From NCBI GenBank assembly GCA_964016885.1, contig OZ024763.1, positions 29,636,001 to 29,700,000 on the forward strand: DNA of 64,000 nucleotides, in the 5' to 3' direction. A program made the translations under genes and the position numbers. Of this stretch, positions 15,448 through 27,689 are shown piece after piece. The number at the start of each line of letters is the position of its first letter. Position 1 is the stretch's first letter. The notes under the pieces were generated by a model. The model saw only the letters and a list, made by a program, of their open reading frames with translations, did no database searches and had not been told where the DNA came from. Source of the DNA: Eledone cirrhosa (lineage: Eukaryota).

Positions 15448-15479
<32 letters not shown>

Positions 15480-15580
15480 ATACATATACATATACATATG
15501 TATATACATATACATATACAAAAAAAAAAAAATGTGAAATCAGGAGTCAGCGAAACTGGTCGAAGATTGAACTAGCGGTT

Positions 15581-16465
15581 TTGATCAAGGGGTGGACTAT
15601 GGCTGATGGGTCTCCACCAAGCAAAAAGATGGCGGAGAACCTGAAGAGCCATGGGTTTATGAGGACCCTGGTACAGATAGAGAGAAAGAGAAAAGAAATT
15701 GAGAAGGCGTATGTCCTCATAGCGCCTCATATGGCGATGCTAAGCCGTGTCCTCAGGGAGGAGAAAACCGAAGGGAGGGATGAGGAGAAGGAGAGGGAAA
15801 AGGAAGAGGAAAAGGAAAGGGAAAAAGAAAAGGAGGAGAGCACAAGCACGGACCTGAAAGAAAATGATATACCCTCCGCTACAGGCAGGGAGGGCAGGCC
15901 GGGCAACCAACAAGCTAAGGGCAAAGGTGAAAAGCGAAATCACCTTCCGAAGGAGAACCAAGCGCAGAGGGACCAGTGGACAACTGTTCAAAGAAAGAAC
16001 AGAAAGCACCGAGACACTGGGAGCAAAAAACACCAAGTAATGTGCAAGTTTTTCAAGAACGGGACATGCTGGTATGGAGAGACAGGGATGGGATGCAGAT
16101 TCGCCCACCCTAGGTCTCAAACCAACTATGCCCATCATACTCGCGCAACATGCCCCAGCCAAAGCCGAAATAAGCCGCTCCAGAAGTATGCTGATGTCGC
16201 GCGTGCTGCACCAACAAGGAGAAGGCACGCACATGCCGACGAGATACAGATGGCAGCAGCAGATCAGAAAAATTTTTTAGTGATGGCCGAGAAGATTGTG
16301 GGACAGCTGACCTGGCTGCATCGTCTCCAGAGCCAGGGTCATCCACACCAGCACTCGAGACCACCGCAGTTAAGGGACCCAGAGTGGCCGCCGCTGACAC
16401 CAGACCAGGTGTCATACCGACAGCCATTACTGGCACCCCAAAAGTCACACCAGTGCTGCTGCTGA
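15581..16465 (+). CDS. LINE ORF1 protein with CCCH-type zinc finger (probably 5'-incomplete)
   Basis: CKFFKNGTCWYGETGMGCRFAHP motif, charged low-complexity region, WTTVQRK and YADV motifs common in ORF1s; frame stays open upstream to the poly-A at ~15530. Confidence 0.75.
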   Translation: MIKGWTMADGSPPSKKMAENLKSHGFMRTLVQIERKRKEIEKAYVLIAPHMAMLSRVLREEKTEGRDEEKEREKEEEKEREKEKEESTSTDLKENDIPSATGREGRPGNQQAKGKGEKRNHLPKENQAQRDQWTTVQRKNRKHRDTGSKKHQVMCKFFKNGTCWYGETGMGCRFAHPRSQTNYAHHTRATCPSQSRNKPLQKYADVARAAPTRRRHAHADEIQMAAADQKNFLVMAEKIVGQLTWLHRLQSQGHPHQHSRPPQLRDPEWPPLTPDQVSYRQPLLAPQKSHQCCC

Positions 16466-17649
16466 ATGTCAGGGGCCTGGTGAAACTCAGCAACATGAGT
16501 AAAATTTCCTACCTGGGAGACTTAGCCATAAGCAATCAAGCACTATGCATGGCACTAACCGAAACGCACCTGACAAGCAGTATAGCAGATGCAGAAATAC
16601 ATATACCGAAATATACTGTATTTCGTTCGGACAGGAAGGAGAGAACTCATGGTGGGGTTGCTCTGTATATCCGTGAAGATGTCACACCAATTGTTCTGTT
16701 GACACATTCAAACTCAGTCTGTGACACACTGATAATACATATGAAGCAACTACAGACGGTAATATGTGTCACATATCGGCCGCCCGATGCCCCCAGTCAT
16801 GAGGGTAAATTTGAGGATAGCCTAAGTAGGATAGAAGAGGTCCTTGACAAACTGGACCAGGGTCTCAACATCCTACTGCTGGGAGACTTCAACCTACCAA
16901 AGGTCAAATGGCCTGAGGGCCACCTCCTCCCTGGAATGACGTCAATAGAACAGAGACAGACGGAATCCCTGCTGGCCCTCACACACAGGCTGTTCATGGA
17001 GCAAGCAATACTCCTCCCAACAAGAGGCGAAAATGTCCTGGACCTCTGTTTTACAAACAACGAAGTGCTCATCCACAATGTAAAGGTGACACCAACAATT
17101 CTCTCGGATCATAACTTGGTAGAGCTAATGATATGTGGTCCAAGAGAACCAACAGAGACAAAACCACCAAGAAGCTCCGGGACGCTATCCAGCCTTAACT
17201 TCTACGGGGCTGACTGGAAGAAGATTAAGAGTGAAATCCGGAAGCAAACATGGAGTGCAAACATCGCCACACAAGACACTAACACACAATTTCAACACTT
17301 CATGACAACGATACACACCATATGCAAAAAGTGTGTCCCGGAGAAAGAGGCAAACAGACACAAAAATCTTATTCCCAGAGATAGGAAAATCCTTATGAGA
17401 CGTAGAACTAAACTCTCAAACCAGTTGAATAGTCAACAAAACCAAAACAAGAAGGAATCCTATTTGAAACGTGCACTACTTGACACCGAGATTGCACTCA
17501 AGCTTTCACATGAGAATGAGAGGGCAAGGAAAGAGAACAGGGCCATAGAAAACATTAAAACAAACCCTAAGGCCTTCTTTAAATTTGCAAAGAAACTGCC
17601 TCAGTACACTGCAAGATTGGACCACTCTTCCACACGGACGGTTCATTAA
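16384..17649 (+). CDS. LINE ORF2 N-terminal part: apurinic-like (APE/EEP) endonuclease
   Basis: Motifs LLNVRGL, ALTETHL, GGVALYI, YRPP, LLGDFN, LDLCF, SDHNLV; continues into the RT frame across an apparent 1-nt deletion near 17590. Confidence 0.92.
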   Translation: MAAADTRPGVIPTAITGTPKVTPVLLLNVRGLVKLSNMSKISYLGDLAISNQALCMALTETHLTSSIADAEIHIPKYTVFRSDRKERTHGGVALYIREDVTPIVLLTHSNSVCDTLIIHMKQLQTVICVTYRPPDAPSHEGKFEDSLSRIEEVLDKLDQGLNILLLGDFNLPKVKWPEGHLLPGMTSIEQRQTESLLALTHRLFMEQAILLPTRGENVLDLCFTNNEVLIHNVKVTPTILSDHNLVELMICGPREPTETKPPRSSGTLSSLNFYGADWKKIKSEIRKQTWSANIATQDTNTQFQHFMTTIHTICKKCVPEKEANRHKNLIPRDRKILMRRRTKLSNQLNSQQNQNKKESYLKRALLDTEIALKLSHENERARKENRAIENIKTNPKAFFKFAKKLPQYTARLDHSSTRTVH

Positions 17650-19422
17650 CCGAAAATCCCCAAGAGATATGTGAAATACTGAATGAACAGTACAAAAGTG
17701 TCTTCACATGTCCACTGAGGCACATGCAAATAACGAAGCCAGAGGAGTTCTTTGATGCCACAACACTACATCAAGAAATGGCAACCATCAACCACATAGA
17801 CATAACGGAGGAGGATGTGGTGTACGCCATTGATGAAATTAGAACAGACTCGGCTGCTGGACCTGATGGATTCCCAGCAGTTCTCCTAAAAATATGTAAG
17901 CGGGCCTTAGCAACTCCACTGAAGATGCTCTTCAGAAGCTCCTTGGCTAGCGGTGTACTACCCAGGGAGCTGAAAGAAGGCACAATATGCCCTATCCATA
18001 AAGGAGGTAGTAGAGCGGAGGCCAAGAACTATAGGCCAGTCTCCCTGACGTCGCATATCAGTAAGGTCATGGAGCGAGTCGTCAGAAAGAAACTAATCAC
18101 TTTCCTCGAAGAAAATGACCGCCTGACTAGCACGCAACATGGCTTCCGCCCAGGAAGAAGCTGCCTTACACAGCTGCTACATCACTACGACTGGGTACTG
18201 AGACAGCTACTAGACAGCTCACATGTAGACGTGATATATCTTGACTTTGCGAAGGCCTTTGACAAGGTCGACCACGGAATGATATGTCACAAACTACACG
18301 GACTCGGCATAACTGGAAAAGTAGGTGAGTGGCTGCATGGCTTCCTGAGGGACAGAAGCCAGGCAGTCGCAGCAAATGGGGCTCTCTCGAGGGAAACGCC
18401 GATAACAAGTGGGGTGCCTCAGGGGACAGTCCTGGGACCACTACTGTTTTTGGTGGCTCTCTCGGACATGCCCTCTGTGGTGCATGCAACAACATCCCTC
18501 ACTAGCTATGCTGATGACACTAAGGTAGCACAGGCAATCAAAAACCCGGCTGACACTGCCCTCTTACAGCAGGATCTGGATGCCATATACAGATGGGCGG
18601 AAGAAAACAACATGCAGTTTAATGCTGGCAAATTCCAAGCCCTACAATACAAACCTGCAAACACAAACACAAATATAGCGGAACACAGCTACACAGGACC
18701 AGGAGGGACCGATATCCCCGTGTCAAAATCGATACGAGACCTGGGCATAGACATGAGCGATGATGCATCTTTTTCTTCACACATCATGAAGGTGGCGACA
18801 GCATGTAGACGATTCGCTGGCTGGATCTTGAGGACTTTCCTTACAAGAGATCGAGACACCATGTTGACACTGTGGAGGACTTTTGTCCTAAGCCGCCTGG
18901 ACTACTGCTCCCAGCTGTGGTCACCCCATAGTGTCAAACTAACCACAGAGCTTGAGGCAATCCAGCGAAGCTACACCAAGAGGATTGCCAAGATGAGGGA
19001 GACAAGCTACTGGGAGAGGCTGAAGGAACTGAACCTCTACTCCTTGGAGCGAAGACGGGAGAGATACGCAGTGATCTACATGTGGAAAATCCTGGAGGGA
19101 CTAGCACCAAACTTTGGCATTGGGAGCTGGACCAACCGTCGAACAGGACGTCACTGTGTGGTGCCAAAGGTCCCGTCTTCCACATCTAGAATAAGGAGCA
19201 GGTATTGCAATAGCCTGGGATTCAAGGGCCCTCAACTCTTCAACAGGCTGCCGAGGCATCTGCGAGACTTGCATGACGTGGAGGTGGATGTCTTTAAGAA
19301 ACATCTCGACACCTTGTTATCCAGGATCCCGGATGAGCCACAGCAAGACACGAGGGAAACCTAAGGGCAGCAGCAACAAACTCCCTCCTACACCAGTGGC
19401 CAACCTATACAGGCTGGAGATA
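17590..19422 (+). CDS. LINE ORF2 C-terminal part: reverse transcriptase (track ORF 17724-19364, extended across indels)
   Basis: AAGPDG, NYRPVSLTS, QHGFRPGRSC, YLDFAKAFDKV, GVPQGTVLGPLLF, YADD, DLGI; a second apparent 1-nt deletion near 19340 would restore ...PDEP-ARHEGNLRAAATNSLLHQ...TAA. Confidence 0.9.
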
Positions 19423-19714
19423 AAGTGTGTAGCAGCAAGGGCGGTGCCCCAGCATGGCCTCAGCCGGATGGCTGAAACAGGTAAAAGAGTAAAAGAGTAA
19501 TATACATATATATATAAAAGACGTAAAATAAGAAAATACCTTTTAAAAAAATTTTTAAAAATTTTTTTAAAAGGTATTTTCTTATTTTACGTCTTTTATA
19601 TTATTGTTCTGCACCCTCCTGCATTGAACCACCTAGGTACTATGACATTACCTGTGTATTTGCTGGCATGGACGTACATCTGTGCGCCTATGTTAGTTGA
19701 TATATTAAATTATC

Positions 19715-19852
<138 letters not shown>

Positions 19853-19872
19853 ATATATATATATATATATAT

Positions 19873-19913
<41 letters not shown>

Positions 19914-19920
19914 TGTATAT

Positions 19921-19951
<31 letters not shown>

Positions 19952-20482
19952 CATATATATATATATATATGCATGTATATATATATATATACTCACCAGT
20001 CATAAAAAAACGTTATTTCAATATAAGTTATAAGTAATTTAAGATTTTTACCAAAACAATAAGTTCCTTCCCCTATAGCATTACGACCTTATCTCTTTAG
20101 GGCCATGAACAATTCTGCCTATTGTCACTAAACAAATCTATTAAAAGTTTTAATGGTTGACATACAAAAGTATTCAGATCTCATAAAGTCAAACTTGTCC
20201 TCGTCAATGACAATACCGAGCAAACACTGAATAAAGGTGATGAGTGTGTGTGAGTGTGTGAGTATATAAGGATGTGTATATATATGTGTGTGTTTGTGTT
20301 TGTGTTTGTGTGTGTTTATGTGTAAGATATATATATATATATATATATATGCGTGTGCGTGTATTTATATACTTATATAAATATATGTAGTTATGTATGA
20401 ATATATATGTATATGGATATATATATATAGAGAGAGAGAGACATAGATATATGTATACTTATATTTAAATGAAGATATATTT

Positions 20483-20530
<48 letters not shown>

Positions 20531-20582
20531 TTAAATATATATATATATATATATTTAAATACATACATATATATATATTTAA

Positions 20583-20624
<42 letters not shown>

Positions 20625-20651
20625 TTAAATATATATATATGTATATATATA

Positions 20652-20690
<39 letters not shown>

Positions 20691-20710
20691 TTAAATACAT
20701 ATATATTTAA

Positions 20711-20766
<56 letters not shown>

Positions 20767-20837
20767 TAAGTTTTATTTGCTGATCTACACTTGATTACAA
20801 ATAATGATGTGCAAATGTTTATTGACAATATCTAACA

Positions 20838-20936
<99 letters not shown>

Positions 20937-20954
20937 CATATATATAAACATACA

Positions 20955-20990
<36 letters not shown>

Positions 20991-21004
20991 CATTTATATA
21001 TATA

Positions 21005-21058
<54 letters not shown>

Positions 21059-21155
21059 CATATATATATATATATATACATTTATATATATATATATATA
21101 TACATTTATATATATATATATATAATATATATATATATATGTATATATATGTATG

Positions 21156-21288
<133 letters not shown>

Positions 21289-21365
21289 CATTTATATATA
21301 TATATATATATACATTTATATATATATATATATAATATATATATATATATGTATATATATGTATG

Positions 21366-21457
<92 letters not shown>

Positions 21458-21823
21458 CACACATACATACATACATATATATATAATATATATATAATAT
21501 ATATAAGTATATTCAAAAAGTTTATAACAATGAATCGGATACAATGAATCTAACAGATTATTTGATAAATATATATAAATATTTATTTGGAAAGAATTGA
21601 ATAATGGCCTATATTATAGTTTTATTCGTAAAAGCAATGGCATTCTGTAAAATGAAATGATTTACATTTCATAATTGTTATATTTTTAACTTTAGGCCAA
21701 AAGCGAGTGGTTTCGGATGACGGATGTTCCTAACAACCAACCTTAGTACCTGTCTGCTACTTTATTTTATCGTCTGATAGATATGTAGCTAGATATATAG
21801 ATAGGTAGGTAGCTAGGCTGATG

Positions 21824-21945
<122 letters not shown>

Positions 21946-22095
21946 CAGTCAGGGAGGGAGAGAGAGAGACAGGCAGATAGATAAATAGATATAGAGAGAG
22001 AGTGAGATAAATAAATAGATTGATATGTAGAACGATAAATAGGTAGTAAGATAGATAGATAGATAGATAGCTGGATAAATTGATAGATATATAGA

Positions 22096-22312
22096 TAACA
22101 AAGAAGGTGTGGTAAGATACCAGGTGGACCATAACGCACCAGAGTACTCGATACTTAGGGTAGTAGAGAGTGTGTAATAAGAAAAGAGTCAGGATCCCGA
22201 CGGCTGAGCTCCGGCCGTTTCGGGGGCTAGATCCAATACTGCTGGCTTAGTTCGGATCTAGATGTCGAAACGGCTGGAGCTCAGCCGTCGGGGTCCTGAC
22301 TCTTTACCTATT
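22096..22312 (-). mobile_element. Hairpin + tail element, family H copy A
   Basis: ~80-nt tail then a long inverted repeat containing GAAACGGCTG..CAGCCGTC-GGGGTC. Confidence 0.8.
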
Positions 22313-22526
22313 AGATAGATAGATAGATAGATCTATTTATTTGCCACAAGGGCGTACAAGAAATGGGACATTGCAAGAGGTGACGGCCTGGGTTTTACAT
22401 AAAATCATATAACATTAATAGATAACAATAAACTACATATATATAGACAGACAGATAGATAGACAGACCGATAGATAGATAGATATATAGATAGATAGAT
22501 AGACAGATAGATAGATAGATAGATAT

Positions 22527-22855
22527 GTTTCTTTATTAGCCACAGGGGCACAAAAGAAGGGGACAAATACAAAGGGGGAAGTTTACATACAATAAAAACG
22601 TGTAAAATGTTATCACAAATGCAATTTAAAAATTAGTCGATTTTCCCCAATAGGGGGAGACAGTTCATATGGGTAACACATACCCCCGAAAAAATGTGCA
22701 ACCCTCATCTCCAGGAGTACGAAGAGTTTGTACTACTTTCCTCTCCTCCTCCTTTTCCTCAACCTACAGGCTGATATAGAGAGAAGGCCCATTCGCTCGG
22801 GCTATACTCGCCACTTTCACCCACCTTTCATAAAACTTCTTCCAAAGTGGTATTT
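22527..22855 (-). mobile_element. 5'-truncated Tx1-like LINE (sister family of the 52.9-58.9 kb element) inserted in (GATA)n
   Basis: Minus strand reads KFYERWVKVASIARANGPSLYISL* versus HFVERWVREARMARVNGPTLSIYL*; shares ttccccaatagggggagac and the tttctttatta.ccaca terminus. Confidence 0.8.
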
Positions 22856-22864
22856 GATAGATAT

Positions 22865-22913
<49 letters not shown>

Positions 22914-23734
22914 GAGACAGACAGAGAAAGAAAAAAAGAACGAGACAGAAATTATGAGGTGGGTTGAATGAAGAATCGAACAATGTAAACGCCATTCCTC
23001 TAACCAATTTCTAAAATTCCTTTTTAATGAAAGACAAACAGAGACGGGATAAATCGCTGCTTGTTCCTCCTCTCATTTGCATAATTGTTAAATATTCAGA
23101 ATTATCTGCTGCTAATCTTTTTCAATCATAAATTTAATCTCTCTGAATTAAAATTTACTACTTTGTTTATCCTTTTTTTTTTTTTATTATCTTTCATAGT
23201 TTTTCTTCGTTATTTTTTGTGTTTTTGCGGTAGTAAGGATTTTCTTTTTCAATTTTTTTTCACTTCTTTCTCCTCCGTTTTTTCATATTTTTCTTTTGCT
23301 TTCTTTCTTTTTCTTTCTTTCTTTCTTTATTTATTTATGTATATATTTCTCACGCCTTTTCCCTCATCCCTGTCTATATTCATTGTCATATAACAGGGAT
23401 GGGAGGTGAGACATTTTTTCTTTTTTAATGCTAGGAGGCCATATTGAAATTAACTGACTTCCAATAAGGCCGCATTTTTTTTTTAATTTATTTATTTAAA
23501 TAAAGGGGAAAAAAGAGGAAAAAGAAAATTGAAAATTAAAAAAATGTGAGATATCTTCTCGGAAAACCTCAGTTATTTTTGAAACTATAATTACAAATTA
23601 TAATTACAAACGTAAACAAGGATATATAAGCTGGTATCTCAACGAGTCATAATTACTTGGATAGATAAATATGAGATAAAATGAAATCAGAAAAAATATA
23701 TTCCGATATGGCTAACTTTCGACAGTTGTGCTTC

Positions 23735-25670
23735 ATTCAGAAGGTCACATATATGGTATTTATGAAGTCTACACAGTTTGTTAGAAGGCCACACAGTCTT
23801 TAAGGTTATATATATTATTTAAGAAGCTACACATAGTTTGTCAGAAGGTCTTACACAGTATTTAAGAAGCTACACATAGTTTGTCAGAAGGTCTTACACA
23901 GTATTTAAGAAGGCTACACATAGGTTGTCAGAAGGCATTACACAGTCTTTAAGAAGCTACACATAGTTTGTCAGAAGGCATTAAACAGTCTTTAAGAAGC
24001 TACACATAGTTTGTCAGAAGGTCTTACACAGTTTTTAAGAAGTCTACACACAGTTTGTCAGAAGGCATTACACAGTTTTTAAGAAGCTACACATAGTTTG
24101 TCAGAAGGTCTCACACAGTTTTTAAGAAGTCTACACACAGTTTGTCAGAAGGCATTACACAGTTTTTAAGAAGCTACACATAGTTTGTCAGAAGGTCTTA
24201 CACAGTTTTTAAGAAGTCTACACACAGTTTGCCAGAAGGCATTACACAGTTTTTAAGAAGCTACACATAGTTTGTCAGAAGGTCTTACACTGTTTTTAAG
24301 AAGTCTACACACAGTTTGTCAGAAGGCATTACACAGTTTTTAAGAAGCTACACATAGTTTGTCAGAAGGTCTTACACTGTTTTTAAGAAGTCTACACACA
24401 GTTTGCCAGAAAGCATTACACAGTTTTTAAGAAGCTACACATAGTTTGTCAGAAGGTCTTACACAGTTTTTAAGAAGTCTACACACAGTTTGCCAGAAGG
24501 CATTACACAGTTTTTAAGAAGCTACACATAGTTTGTCAGAAGGTCTTACACTGTTTTTAAGAAGTCTACACACAGTTTGTCAGAAGGCATTATAGAGTTT
24601 TTAAGAAGCTACACATAGTTTGTCAGAAGGTCTTACACAGTTTTTAAGAAGTCTACACACAGTTTGCCAGAAGGCATTACACAGTTTTTAAGAAGCTACA
24701 CATAGTTTGTCAGAAGGTCTTACACAGTTTTTAAGAAGTCTACACACAGTTTGCCAGAAGGCATTACACAGTTTTTAAGAAGCTACACATAGTTTGTCAG
24801 AAGGTCTTACACTGTTTTTAAGAAGTCTACACACAGTTTGCCAGAAGGCATTACACAGTTTTTAAGAAGCTACACATAGTTTGTCAGAAGGTCTTACACT
24901 GTTTTTAAGAAGTCTACACACAGTTTGCCAGAAGGCATTACACAGTTTTTAAGAAGCTACACATAGTTTGTCAGGTCTTACACTGTTTTTAAGAAGTCTA
25001 CACAGTTTGTCAGAAGGCATTACACAGTTTTTAAGAAGCTACACATAGTTTGTCAGAAGGTCTTACACTGTTTTTAAGAAGTCTACACACAGTTTGTCAG
25101 AAGGCATTACACAGTTTTTAAGATGCTACACATAGTTTGTCAGAAGGTCTTACACTGTTTTTAAGAAGTCTACACACAGTTTGCCAGAAGGCATTATAGA
25201 GTTTTTTAAGAAGCCACATATAGTTTGTCAGAATGTCACACAGTCATTAAGAAGGCTACAGTTACCATTTCAGAATGTCACACTCAGTTCTCCAGAAGAC
25301 CTCAGTCTTTCAGACGGTCACACTCCGTCTTTGAGAGGGCATCACTTAGCCTTTCAGAACGCTACACTGTCTTTCAGAAAACTACACTCAGTCTTTCAGA
25401 AGGTCACGTTTATTCTTTCAGAATGCCACATACATTATTTCATAAGGTTGCATTCAGTTTTTCAGAAGGTCACAATTACCATTTCAGCATTTCAGAAGGC
25501 CTCACTCAGTCTTTTAGATGGCCCTACTTAGTCTTACACCAAGCCCCAGTCAGTCTTTCAGAAGGCCCCAGTTGTATTTCAGAAGGCCACACTCAGTCTT
25601 TCAGAAGGTCCCACTTAGTCTTTCAGGTCCCTCTTAGTCTTACAGGGGACAACATTTAGTTGTTCAGAAG
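23735..25670. repeat. Minisatellite with ~20-bp monomer and ~79-bp higher-order unit
   Basis: cacagtttttaagaagctacacatagtttgtcagaaggtcttacacagtttttaagaagtctacacacagtttgtcagaaggcatta repeated in the core; diverged monomers on the flanks. Confidence 0.92.
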
Positions 25671-25904
25671 TAGTTGTAGTAGTGGCTGTGAATTGGTGTG
25701 GTGTTGGATTGTAGTGCATTTTTTTGTAGGATCTGTTTGATATATGATGTTGGTTTTGGCATTACTTCCCGTGACTATGCATGTATGTATATGTGCATGC
25801 CTGTATATGTATGTATATGTGCCTGTATATATATGTGTATGTATATGTGCATGCCTGTATATGTATGTATATGTGCCTCTATATATATGTGTATGTATAT
25901 GTGC

Positions 25905-27060
25905 ATGGTGTGGTGTAGTGTAATGTGGTGTGGTGTGGTGTAGTGTGGTATGGTGTAGTGTGGTGTAGTGTGGTGTGGTGTAGTGTGGTGTGGTGTGGTG
26001 TGCTGTGATGTAGTGTGGTGTAGTGTGGTGAGGTGTAGTGTGGCGTGGTGTGGTGTGGTGTAGTGTGGTGTGGTGTGGTGCGGTGTAGTGTGGTTTAGTG
26101 TGGTGTAGTGTGGTGTGGTGTGGTGTAGTGTGGTGTGGTGTAGTGTAGTATGGTGTAGTGTAGTGTAGTGTGGTGTGGTGTAGTGTGGTGCGGAGTGATG
26201 TGGTGTGGTGTGGTGTAGTGTAGTGTGGTGTAGTGTGGTGCGGTGTTGTGTGGTGTGGTGTGGTGTAGTGTAGTGTGGTGTAGTGTGGTGCGGTGTTGTG
26301 TGGTGTGGTTTAGTGTAGTGTGGTGTAGTGTGGTGTGGTGTGGTGTGGTGTGGTGTAGTGTGGTGTGGTGTGATGTAGTGTCGTGTGGTGTGGTGTAGTG
26401 TGGTATGGTGTAGTATGGTGTGGTGTGGTGTGGTGTAGTGTAGTGTGGTGAGGTGCGGTGTAGTGAGGTGTGGTGTAGTGTGCTGTGGTGTTCTGTGGTG
26501 TAGTGTGTTGTGTAATGTAGTGTAGTGTGGTGTAGTGTGGCGTGGTGAGGTGTAGTGTAGTATGGTGTGGTGTAGTGTGGTGTAGTGTGGTGTGGTGTGC
26601 GTTAGTGTTGTGTGGTTTGGTGTTGTGTAGTGTACTGTTGTGTGGTGTAGTGTAGTCTGGTGTAGTGTTGTGTGGTGTGCTGTGCTTTGCTGTGCTGTAG
26701 TGTAGTGTAGTGTGGTGTGGTATAGTATGGTGTGGTGTGGTGTGGTGTAGTGTTGTGTAGTGTAGTGTTGTGTGGTGTAGTGTAGTCTGGGGTAGTGTTG
26801 TGTAGTGTGGTGTGCTGTGCTGTGCTGTAGTGTGGTGTAGTGTGGTGTGGTATAGTATGGTGTGGTGTGGTGTGGTGCAGTGTGGTGTGGTGTAGTGTGG
26901 AATGGTGTAATGTGGTGTGGTATGTGGTAATGTGGTGCGGTATATGTGGTATGGTGTGGTGTAGTGTGGTGTAGTATGGTGCGGTGTAGTATGGTGTGGT
27001 GTAGTGTGGTGTGGTGTAGTGTGGTGTGGTGTTGTGTAGTTTGGGGTGGTGTGACTATAG
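25905..27060. repeat. (GTGTG/GTGTA)n pentanucleotide satellite
   Basis: Direct inspection; a similar tract lies at ~29390-29820. Confidence 0.92.
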
Positions 27061-27689
27061 TGTGATAATATGCTGTAATTCATGTAATGTTGTCGGCGGA
27101 ACTGTTTTCTCTTTGATGTGATGTGTGAGACGTGGTTTTCCTGGTGTGTGTGTACACGTGTGTGTGTTTGCGTGGATATGTATCTGTGCGTGTGTATGTC
27201 TATGTATGTTTGTGTGTCCATGTGTGCTAGTGCACGTGTGTGTGTATGTGTGCGTGTCACAGCGTGTACATATATATATATATATATATTTGTGTGCGTG
27301 TTTGTACACGTGCATGTATGTCTTAGTGTGTGTACGTATCTGTGTGTGTATGTGTGTGTGTGTGTGTGTGTGTGTCTGTGTGCGTGTGATGTAATGTGTC
27401 AGATGTGGTTTTCCTGGTGTGTGTGTCTGTCTTAGCGTGTGTATGTATGTGTGTGTGTGTGTGTGTGTGTGCGTGTGTGCGTGTGATGTAATGTGTCAGA
27501 TGTGGTTTTCCTGGTGTGTGTCTGTGTCTTAGCGTGTGTATGTATGTGTGTGTGTGTGTGTGTGTGCGTGTGATGTAATGTGTCAGATGTGGTTTTCCTG
27601 GTGTGTGTGTCTGTGTCTTAGCGTGTGTATGTGTGTGTGTGTGTGTGTGTGTGCGTTTTGATGTGATGTATTAGATGTGGTGTATGCGG

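Larger units (their letters stand above)
15533..19499 (+). mobile_element. CR1/L2-group non-LTR retrotransposon (LINE), near full length, flanked by TA-rich microsatellite
   Basis: ORF1 plus APE-RT ORF2; short 3' UTR ending in (GTAAAAGA)n at ~19481-19499; GC-richer block bounded by TA repeats. Clade assigned from motif style only. Confidence 0.9.

Noticed and set aside
23735-25670. CRISPR-like periodic array
   Set aside because: No unique spacers, no cas genes, eukaryotic context; it is a plain minisatellite
26310-27260. 316-aa His/Thr-rich ORF
   Set aside because: Translation of a pentanucleotide satellite
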